DNA from: Raillietiella orientalis
Lineage: Eukaryota
Length of the DNA stretch: 64,000 nt
Direction: 5' to 3'
Assembly (NCBI GenBank): GCA_036172245.1
Contig: JAYWIR010000013.1
Coordinates: forward strand, 992,001 to 1,056,000
The position numbers were made by a program, and so were the translations under genes. The notes beneath the pieces were generated by a model. It was given only the letters and a program-made list of their open reading frames with translations. It was not told the origin of the DNA and did not search any database. The stretch's first letter is position 1; each line of letters starts with the position of its first letter. Of this stretch, positions 10,952 through 21,700 are shown in pieces.

Positions 10952-12723
10952 TCACACGTACGAGACGTCGACGAAGCTCTGGGAGCTGGCAGGAACGTCG
11001 AGGACGTCCTTCCTGTGGCCGCCGAGGCGGAGGCGGGACAGGCAGCTCGGCGGCTGAGCCGGCGTTGCAGCCACCGCCACGCGGCCCGCGACGTGGGTCC
11101 TGTGCTTCGCCTGGGGGCAGGGGGTCTGGGGCGCCGGAGGGGGAGGGGGAGGAGCGGGAGCCGGGGGGTCGGCGGAGAACAAAGTCCTCAGGTGGGCCAC
11201 GCTCCAGTTGATCTCCTGCCGCCCGACGGCGGGCTGGCCCTTCGCCTCGGGCCTACGGTTGACCCGGCCGCCGGGTGTGGGGGACCTGCAGGTCGAGAGG
11301 GCGCCGCCCAGGGCGCTAGAAGCATCATCATCCTTGCCCTTCAGGGCTTCGCACATGGAATCGAACATGCGCGACTTGACCTCTACGTTGGTCACGAAGG
11401 AATACTTGTCTTCCGGAATCTGGATCTGCTTGTCGACGTGCGTCTTGTCAACGAACCTGGACTGACTGTCCGTCTGCGTCTCCACGCTGTTCTTCACAGA
11501 CAGCAGCGGGAAGGCCGACACGCGGGATAGCATCCTCTTGGCAACGAGTATTTGACCGGAAATGGATTCGCTCTGTATGCAGACGCAGGGTGCAGCACCA
11601 GCGTATCTGTGCTCGCCGTGGCAGGCCAGGGGGCAAGCGACTTCAAACTTGGGGAGGGGGTCCTCGTCCGCACCCTTGAGGAAGCGCAGCTCCTGAGGGA
11701 AGGGCGACTGTGGCTGAGGCGCTAGGCGCAGCAGGCCGTCCGCCCCGCCTCCTGCTCCGGGAGCGCCCGCGCTCTCGAGGATGCTGTGGACGCTGTGGGC
11801 CCTCAGCAGGGATCGCCTGCTCATGGTCTCCTCGTAGCTGGGGGGCGTGCTCACGCAGCTGGTCAGGGTGGACGAGCTGTCCGCGGACTTCACGGTGGAC
11901 TGGCTGGCGGTGCGCCCGAGGTCCGTTATCCGGTAGACGGTGGCTCCCGAGATCGAGTCGTGACCTCGCGAGTTAGATCGGGACACGTGCGGGGTGGAGT
12001 CGTCGTCCGACAGCGTGCTCGAGTCATACGAGCGGTCCGCCTCGTCGATGTGGGAGGTCGAGTGGCTGCGCTTCCAGTCGGCGGCGCCCGGGAAGGGCCG
12101 CTGCTGCTGCTGCTGCTGGTGGTGGTGGCAGCCCTCCGGCGCGGTCGAGGCCCCGCTGTTGCCGCTCGCTGAGCCTTTGCTCGAGTTCTCGATGACTACG
12201 CGGTGGCTAGGGTAGATGCGAATGTCCGGAGGCAAGGGGGCGGGCCCCTTGCGGTGCAACGCCGGCCGCTTGCTCGAGCGGCCACTGGAGAGGCTGTCTT
12301 CTGAGCAGCTCCTCCTCATGGTTGCTTCCTCCTCTTCCTCTTCTTCGTCGTCGTCGTCGTCCTCCTCCCTGGACGAGCCGCGGGCGCCGGAGCCCTTCCG
12401 GAACCAACCCTGCCTCTGGAAGCGAGGTTCCTTCTCCGTATCGCAGCTCAGGGACTCGCGGATCGGCTGCTTGACGCCGGAGGGGCTGCAACTCGAGCTG
12501 GAAGCGCAGCGTGGCGGCTCCGACCCGTGGCCGCTGCTGCTGAGATTGCTGGCCGAGGAAGAGTCCTCGTCGTCGTCCGGAGTGTACAGCTGACTGTCGG
12601 ACAGGGTGAGGCCAGAGTCGCGGCTCAGGTTCGTCAGGGACATCTTGTTCCTGTGCGGAAGTCCCGCGGCGTCCTCGAGGAATTCCTTCTCCAGGCTGTC
12701 CAAGGAGGAATCGTCTCTCCTCC
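10952..12723 (-). CDS. ARHGAP20: ARHGAP20-like terminal exon (Ser-rich tail ending FVDVSYV*)
   Basis: Acceptor CCCAG| at 12724; TGA at 10954-10952; lies within the 761-aa ORF. Confidence 0.85.
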
Positions 12724-15700
12724 CTGGGACGGCGTCGGGATTAACGCACGGACAGCGACCAAGAGAAACCTCACCGTTGAAGAAGCTGTGGCTGTCCGAC
12801 TCCTCGGCGCCGCTGTCCTGTTTCGTCGGGTCTACGCTGGGCGGCTTTCCAAAGAGCTTCAGCACTTCCACCCCGAAGATGTCCACGCAGCTGCTGATGA
12901 GGAACTCCACCAGCACGGGGATGTGCTTGGACGCTTCCGGAACGGAAAACAGGAACCCGTTCTTGGACCAGAGCAGCGACGGTCCAACGCAAACGGCCAG
13001 GTTGAAGGCCGTCATCATGTTGTCGTACGCGCGGTCGGCTATGTGGTGCAGCACGCAGAGGAAGTGCTGCAGCAGCGCCACGTTGCTCTGGTCCAACCTG
13101 GACAGCAGGCTGTCCGTGGACAAGGGAGGGGGAAAGACGACTGTTGGACGGCTCCGCTCCAGACGCGCGCACCAACTTACCACTGGAGCCTGCAGATCTT
13201 GCTCTTGCCAAGCCCTGCCTTCGTCAGCTCCGTCCACTCCTCGTACAGGTGGCTGCCCAGTAGGCAGTCGGGCAGGGAACGGAAGAAATCCTTGACGAGG
13301 GCCGCGAGGGTGAAGACGTTGATGTCGTCGAGAGGCACGTCGAATTCCGAGTCCAGCTTTGACCTCAGCTCCCGAATCTTGAAGGGGGGCAAGAGGGAGA
13401 GAAGAGCGTTAAAGGGACGGCAGGATGACCCCGGGAGGTCGAGCACCTGTCTAGCGTTCGCGGACTTCCGGAAGATGCCGTGCGTGAAGGGCCCTTTGAG
13501 GAACAGCTGCATCAACATGTCCTAAGAACGGGCCATGAGACTGGCAGGCGGGAGTTTCGGTCAGAGTGATCAAAGGGGGTGGTCGGGAGGTGGTTGCGGA
13601 GGAAGGGAGAAGGAGAGAACGGAGAATCGCCGGATGCGCAAGAACGACGGCCAGCGGAAATTCGGGGGTGGGTCGGCTGCTTACCATCACCGGTTTTGGC
13701 AGCTGACCTGCCTGGCAGAGGGAAGGCAGTGGCTGACCAAATAGCAGCCCCGTCGCGCCGGAGCTGAACTGCCCGTCCATGACGTCGGCCTTGCTGCAAG
13801 AGCGGCGGAAGACCTTCATTATGGGAGCCTTCTTCGACTTCTTGAACTTCTTGGCTTCTTCGCTCTCGGAGAACGGGTAGGAGATGGCGCTCCTGCAATT
13901 CGCGAGACGGGGCGGGGCCCGTCGAGCGCCGAACAGCCCGAGGGTCCCAGACCTGAGGATGAAGTGGCATCTGGAGCTGGCCTCGGACCTGAAGAAGGTG
14001 GTGTTGCAGGAGGCGTGCAAGTCGTACACGCGTTCATCCAGCAGGAGCTCCCTGAGGGCGTTCATCTTGATGGAAAAGGGGTACTCGTGCCCTGAAGAAG
14101 CCTCGGGTCAGCAGCATGAAGGAGAGCGCGCATTCGGCTGGTCGACCGGCGCCCGCAGAGGCCGACTTCTTTTCCGGAGGAGCTCGGGCGGCACCGGCCT
14201 CAGCGAGAAGGGAGGAGGGGGGGTAAGCGCCGTTGTCCGCGTCTAATCCGCGGGCGAGCGGAGACCTGCGATTCCAGGAGCCGCCGCAGACTCGTCCCTG
14301 GAGCGCCTCGGGTGTGCGGAGAGGAGGTGCGCGCGCCTCGGCGACGGCGGGTTGTCGCGCTCACGTCCGAGGGAGAGACGGTGGCGGGAGGCCAGACCTA
14401 GCTCCCCGCCCGCGAACGATGGAAGAGGACGCGCCTCTTCCTGTCTGGCGCGCCTGGAGGGGCCGGCCTGCTTTCCTTCCGCGGAGTTCTCTGCGCGACA
14501 GTCACGCCCCCCTTCCGCTGCGCTCTGCTGCAACCAGGGAACCGCCCCCCGGTGGTGGGTGATACCCCTCCTCGCTGGTTCGACTCTGGAGGCGGTGGAC
14601 CGAAGGGAGGAGGGAACGTCGGTGGCACCACGGGAAACCGATCTCGGAGGAGGCGTTGGACGCGTGCAAAAAGAAACAGCACGAAGACGAGGAGGAAACG
14701 AATGGCTGACCAGAGAGGGGATGGCGTTCCACCTTAACCACGGCTTGTGGGGGTGCCTGCAAGGAAGGTTTCCCGGGAAACCTGCCAGCTCTGCAGGGGA
14801 CTCCGGGAAGGGGAGGAATGAGGGTGCAAGGCGGCAGGCCCTGCTCCACCCCCGGGGAAGCAGCAAGGACGAAGGGAGAGCAACGCGGAATTCATGCAGC
14901 TCCTCGTTGCCACTGCTGCTTAGCCGCCGTTGGCGCGCCGGAAGCCGCCGGGAGGCGCGAAGGGGCGAAAACGCGCATCCGATGAGACACGCAAAGGGCG
15001 CGCGCTTGCGTCTTGTCGAGGGAGAGGCAGCGGCGGCGGCAGCGGAGAGGGTGGGTGCAACTCATCAGCCTGCCGCCGCGGAAACGAATCTCCTCGGAGG
15101 ATGACACGGGAGGCATTCCGTGCGGCGGCGACAACGCCGCGGGCCGTTTACGGGCGCTCGCGCGGGCGCTTCGAAGCAGACGCGCGAACGGGGGAGGAGG
15201 AGGCCGCCGCTGCCGCCTCATCCGTCACGCTCGGCACGTGACTCGGCGGAGGGGGGAGGAGACGCGAGCACAAAAGGAAGAAATGCGAGGAGACGCTCAG
15301 AGGTGAGGCCACGACGGCGACGTAGGCTGCCGGCACAGGTCGCGAGACAAGCGGAGGCGGGAGAGGGAGAGGGGCAAAAAAAAAAAAAAAGCAAAAAGAG
15401 AGAGAGAGAGAAAGGGACGAAGAGAAGAAGCTCTTGGCATGCCAGGCATGCTGGAAGGACCGGGGACCTCCGGAGGACGTGACTCCGCCGCCGGACCGCG
15501 TGCGCCGGGGGGTTTCCGGAGACGGTCGTCGACAGCTTCGGGCGCCCTTTCCTCCCGGCTTCCCCGGAATCGCGCGGCATTGGGGAGGGGCTGCCGCGCG
15601 CCTGCGCCCCGGTTGACCTGAGAGCGTCCCCGAGGCGGGGAGTCGACCCAGGAGGAAGCGCACGAAAGCAGGGGGAGGGTGGGAAGGCTCACCTATGAGG

Positions 15701-18700
15701 GGGTAGTAGTTGACGTCATCGACCGTGCGGACCCACAGGCGGAACTGGGCCGGGTCGGCGTCCTTCATCTCCAGGTGGTCCAGGGCCATTCGGATACACT
15801 CCTTGGCCGTGGTTTTCGGGCTCAGGCAAAGTGTCTTCAGCTGGAAGCGGGGAGGGCCACGTGAGGGAACAGGCGACCTGGCACGGGAGGGAAGAGGGGA
15901 CTACTTACGTATTCGATGTTGCGGGCGGCGTCGAAGAAGTAGATCTGGATGGTGGTGGAGGGCGGCTCTTTGAGGGCCTCCGCCGAGCTGACCTCATTCA
16001 GCTTGCTGTACCACAGGTCCTTGGTCGCGGGCGCCCTGCGGACGTCACAGCGTGTGGGTGCGTGGCCGTCCGTGGCACCGCGCGCGGGGCGGGAGCAGCC
16101 CGGGAGGGGCGCCGAGGAGTGGCCCCTGGGATCGCAGGGCATGGGCGGAGGAGGACCCGCGCTCCCGGGAGGAAGCGATGGGAGGAGGAGGAGACCCTCC
16201 GGGGTGGAACTGCTGCTGACGCTGGAGCGAGAGGGGCGCGTCCGGCCGGCCGCGCGCGGTCGGTTGCACTGGCGCGCGCGTCTGGCCTGCTGGCCCGCCG
16301 CCCCTGCGACCTCGCGCTCTCCTCCTCCTCCTCTCCGCCGCCGGGCGCCTCCCGCGTGGCGACCGGAGACACCGCGGGCCGCCGCCGGGGTCGGGGGTGG
16401 ACTCACGAGAAGCAGGCGACCACGTTGACCGTGGGCCATCCAATGACGAAGGAGGTGTCCCGCGACCTGCGCGCGTCGGCCACGTCGTCCACGCAGTCGG
16501 CCAGCCACAGCTCCGAGACGCGGACTTTCTCCTTCAGTTTGAAGCAGCCCCCGGCCCGGGGCTTCGCCACGAAGAGCAGGTCAGTGAAGAGGAAGAGGTG
16601 CCGGTCCTGGATGCGCAGGCCCTGGGGGGGGGGGGGGAAGAGGCCGTGGTTGTCGTTTCCTCGGGGCGGGAGGGAAGGCCGCCACGATCCCTCAAAGCAC
16701 CATTGGGCAGCTCTCCAGGTTCCCGTGGGTCATGCTGGGGGCCGCCGCCGCGGGAGGCCTGCCTTCTGGAGCTCTCTTGCCCCCTCGGAGGCAGGCGGCT
16801 CTCCCTCCCTCGCATGGTCCCCTTCCTCCTTACCGCCACGAGCTGCACCGAGCTGTCCATCACGAAGTGCCTGGGGCAAGACCTGGGAAAGGGCGCCACG
16901 CTAGACAGACGACCCGCTTCCTCGGCGGGCGGGGGAGCGGGAGCATGCCCCCCCCCGTCGCCGCGCGCGCCCCGCGGGCCGAACGCCTTCTGGAGTCTTC
17001 CGCCGCCCGCCGACGTGTTGGGGCCGCGCTTCCTCGCGGAGTTGGCGCTCCTCTGAGCGGCGACACAGAACATGTGGGAAGGGGGGGGGGGGGACGTTCC
17101 GCTCACCGTGGACAGCGCCTCTTTGTCGTACAGCCCCAGACTGTTGTTCGGGAACAGCTCCTGGATGCGGTCCAGGTCGGTGGCTGCGTCGTCAGAGTTT
17201 TCCTTCTCTCCCAGCAGCTGCAACGACAACACGCGTGCGTGGTGGGAAGTAACTTGCAGACGCAGAGGAAGGGGAAGGGAGGCGTCTTCTCGCGTGGCCC
17301 CTTTCCGCCCAATCCCCCGGTAGCACGAAGAGCTGCCGCTGCCGCCGACTCGCCTCTGCAGAGCCCGTCAAGCGGCTGATGGGAGCTCTTGGGAATGTCC
17401 CCACTCCCCACCCTACTCCTGGGAAGACGCTGGGAGCAGAGTTCTCCCGTCTCGCCAGGACTCCAGGGCGGTGGAATCTCTCGGGGAGCTGGGAACCTCG
17501 AGGGGCCGCCTTGTAGACCGGCAAAGGCCCAATTCGACCCAAGGAGGGGAGAAACGAGGACTTCTCTTCGGGAAAATCTTCCTGGGTCGGAGGAGAAAAA
17601 AGGGTGGCTCCATGTTCTCGAATCCGGGGGGGAGGGAGTCACACCCTTATTCGGCCGCGCCAGGGCAGCAGCAGGTGCTTGAGGGGGGGGGGGCGAATAG
17701 AGAAAAAAGGGGACTTCCGCTGGTCGTCCTCAACCCACTCCCTCGTCATCCACTTCTCTTCCGAGATGCCTAAGAAGGCGTGGGTGGGTGGGAAGAAAGG
17801 ACCTGTTTCCCCACCCCCTACCCCGTCCCGGCATTCTCAAGGGCAAAGCAGACATCCTCCCGAGCGTTGATTTTCTCTGGGAAAAATAGCGCGCGCTCTC
17901 TCCCTGGTTGGCACCCGTCAACACGGAAAAACGCAAAATCCAGGGGAAAACTCGCGGTCTCTCCCCCCCCCCCCCATGATGACGGCGGGGGCACTCCCTC
18001 GGGAAGCGTTCCAGTCCACCAGACCAGGAGGGTGTGGGTGGGTCCATCGCTAGACAGGAACGCTTCCGGGGAAGGCAGAAAGACGAACTGCGGCTCCCCT
18101 GTAGGGGTCTCTGAGGAGCGACGCCAGGGAAAAGAGAGGGACTTTGCTCTGCAGACCCACCTTGCCGCCACCCCGCCCTCGAGGGGAGCGAAAAGCAGCA
18201 CGGTCGGCGTGAGGTCAGGAAGGAAAGAAACGAGCACCCCAAGGCAGCGTACCCTTCGCCCCGTTAGGACAAGTTCGTCCGCGCATGGGAGTGCCTTGGA
18301 GCAATATGCTTCTAAGGTCACGGAAAGAGGGGATGCTCCTCCTCACTGCCTGCTCGACCCCACCTCCCCGGGCTGCTGCATGAGCGCCCAGCCTCCGAAG
18401 GGGCGACTGGGCGCGGAGGAGGGGCGGAGCAGGAGAGGCGGCCTCTCCCACGGCGGCGCTCTTCAGGGACTGGGAGGCGACGCGCCAGCAGGAGCCTGCG
18501 CGCGGAGATCGGCTAAACCACACGGAGGAGGAGTCAGCGGCGTCACTGCCACGGACGGTCCCGGAGAGCCGTCCCCAGCTTGCGCCCCGCCGCCCGTGGC
18601 GCCTCCAGACGGAGCTCGCCGCTCGCCCCGAGTCGTCCCCGGGGGTGACTCAGGGAAGGGATCCGTTCGCTGGTGGTGACGGGTTCCCGAAAGAAGAGAG

Positions 18701-21700
18701 GGCGCATCCGAAGCCGACCGTCGGAAAACAACGGACTGGACCCAGGAATCGAAGACTGGGCGGGCTCCAGACACAGGTGACACAACGGGGTTCGAGGGGC
18801 CGCTCGCTCCGCAGGGCACGAAAGGTCCTCCCACTCGGGTTGCGAGGAGAGATCGGCAGTCTCATCTCGTGCCCGGCGTCGCCACCGTTCTTCGTGTTTC
18901 TGCCGCCCCCCCCCCCCGTCCCCGTTTTACAATCCCGCAGGCGAAGGCCGAGCACCTTCCTGGAGCTCCGATCGGTGGCAACGGAATCCGAGGTCAACGC
19001 CGCTGACGCGACGGCCGGCACGGAGAGCAACCCACTAGAGGCTCCGATCCCATTGCCAATTGGCGCGGAGCTTGCGGACGCCCGCGAAACCAGAACGCCC
19101 AGCTCCCGACGCCAAGCTTGGCGACAGGGAAACCTCGGCGCCTCTCAGAATGGGAAGACCACCGGGACGGCACACCGGCAGGCGCCAGCTGCTGAGCAGA
19201 CTGCACCATCGCCAACATCCCCATTCTCCCTGCACGGCGCGACACCTGGGGAAGGCACGTGACCCGATGTGGACGGAAAAAGAGGGAAACGCAAGGAGCG
19301 AGGGGGGGGGGGGGGTCCGGCCGTCCCCGGAAGGTGCTGCACCCGTTCTGACTTCGATCTGAACGGCGGAGCGTTGGCACCGAGGACTCAAGGTCCGGGA
19401 GTTTCCACGCGCGCGCAGGCCACCAGCCAGCTACAGGAGGAGGAGGAAGGGAGGAAGAGGAAAGGAGGAGGAGGAAGAGGAAAAAGGAGAAGGGAGGAAG
19501 AGAAGGAAGAGGGGAGAAGTGCGCGCCCCAGTGCCTTACCTCGCTGACTCTGCTTGTGACCAAGTTCACATCTTGGTCGCTCAGAAAAGCGCATCTCTCT
19601 TCTCTGCGCATCCCTTGCAAGTACCGGTCATGCTGCTCCAACCGGCGGATCTACGATCAGACACCGTGCATCAGTTGCTGCTCTCAGGATGAAATCCTGT
19701 GCGTTAGCCCGGGACGCGCAGGGTTGCCGCAGAGTAGCCCCAACGACGACGACGACCGCCACCACCATCCACCACAAGAAGGAGCGGCGTGCGAATTCGG
19801 GAGAGGCAATCAAGTGACTCCTCGGGAACGGAAAGCAAGGCGATTTCTCTCCCAACGCGAACGGAAGCAGCGGAGCCAGCTGACCCCACGCAGGTGTGTT
19901 CCGCGTGCACGCGGGCAAGGCTCGGGGCGTGACACACTCCGCGACGGCGTTCGTCCATGTGCATCCTGGGGCGCGAGCGACGGGGACCAGGGACGGCAAC
20001 GGACAGGCCCAGCAGGTCCGCAAGGACCGTCAACCTCTTCCTCGGAAGGTCTGGAGGCTGCGGGAACGGGAAGCCTTCGGGTTCCTCGGATGCCGACCGC
20101 CCTCGACCCCGGGCCGGGAGCGGCGCCGCTCCCCGACTCGAGTCCCCCCCCCTCCATCCCTTCGGAGCTCTCGTGCGCGTCCATGCACAGGCGAGCAGCA
20201 GGCAAAGTCCCTGGATCCGAGACTGCAGATGGAGAGCTCTGGAAAATCATCCTTTCGATTCCCGTCCTCCTCGGGATATCCCTGCGAGCAAAAGAAACCG
20301 CGGCGCCTTGAAGAATTCTAAATTTTCCCAGGAAACTCATCACGGCGGGGTCACCCCCGATGAGACCAACTCATTCATGATGGCGTCACCACAAGCATAC
20401 GCCGACGAAGCCAGCGGTCCTTCTCCCGGGGGAGGGCAAGAGAGGGTTCGGCCGAAACCCGGGACGGGAGCGGTGGGAGAAGGGAGAAGACGTCGGGCAT
20501 CGGAGGTAAGACACGTGGAAGGGACGGTGGGGGTGTGTGGCGGAGCATCCTCTCCAATTCCATCCAGAAACACGCGACCCGACCCGACGACCCGCGGCGA
20601 GCAAGCAGGAAGGGACTTTTTACGAACCGAAGGAATCCGCCCAGACGTCCATCCTCTCTTGGTGCGAGGTCCCGACGTCTTCAGGACCCCAGGGGAGCAG
20701 CGGCGGCGGCGGCAGTCAGTGCTTGCGCAAGGCTTATTTGCTCGCCGGTCCGGCAAACAGCAGTCGCCCTTCTGCAGCCACGAAGATAAAAGACAAAGCT
20801 CGGATTTTTCTCCTCCTCCTCCTCTGCTATTTTTGGGAGCGTGAAGTCTGCGCAAGGAGGAGCGCCTGGCGGAAAGCGAGGCAACTGGGGTGCGCGGAGT
20901 GACCGGGATGACCGACCCCGCTTGAGGGGTGCTCCTTCGACGCGCCGACGAAGGAAGTTCCGGGAACCTCCTCCGAGCCGAACCGAGGAGTGCGGAGGTG
21001 GGAAGATGGCGGCACGGCCGCGCAAGAAAGCCGGGACTCCAGAAGCAAGCCGTTGGGAGCAAACGGAGTATCCCCTCCCCCCTCCGTCCGCTGGCCAGCC
21101 TGGACTTCAGCGTGCCGAGTCCTCGGGAGCGCCTTGCCCAAAGCCGGTCGGAGCCGCCGCAAGTCTGCAAAGGAAGGCAGAGGGTAGCAGCGGCCCCTCG
21201 GGGCAGACTCGGGGTTACGAGCCCGGGATGTGCACCGCAGGAGACGCAGGGAACGAAGCGGCGTGCTCCCCGCGCCGTCGTTTCGGATTGGGCAAGGCGG
21301 GGGCAAGAGAGGACAGGCGGTGGACCGGGAAAACATGCGTGTCGCGAACCGGTTGTCCGGTGGATAACTAAGGACCGGTCGCCGGGTGGCGACGGGAAGG
21401 AACGGCAGCTGGGCCGCTCAGCGCGCGGTATCCGAGGCACCGGAGAGCACGTCCCAGAGGGACGTGCAGTTGGTCTTCCCTCCATCTCCTCCTCCTCCTC
21501 CTCAAAGTCCCCCCCCCCCCAATCGTCCACCATCATCGAAGAAACGCCGAGACTTCTAAAATCCGCCCCCGCTCGAATCGCAACGCATCCGAATACTCCA
21601 ACGGACAACGCGACCGGATTCCACCACCATCTGCACCTTTCGAGGAGGAAGAAGGGAGAGGGCAGAAAATCGTTTCCAGCGAGCACGTCCCTCCCTCCCC

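Noticed and set aside
10952..13237. 761-aa ORF taken as a stand-alone intronless gene
   Set aside because: Its N-terminus is out-of-frame exon plus intron sequence; the RhoGAP domain is complete only after splicing.
17715..17770. Possible extra RhoGAP exon (GISEEKWMTREWVEDDQR)
   Set aside because: The acceptor is phase 1 in the protein-like frame, incompatible with the phase-0 neighbours, and there is no good donor.
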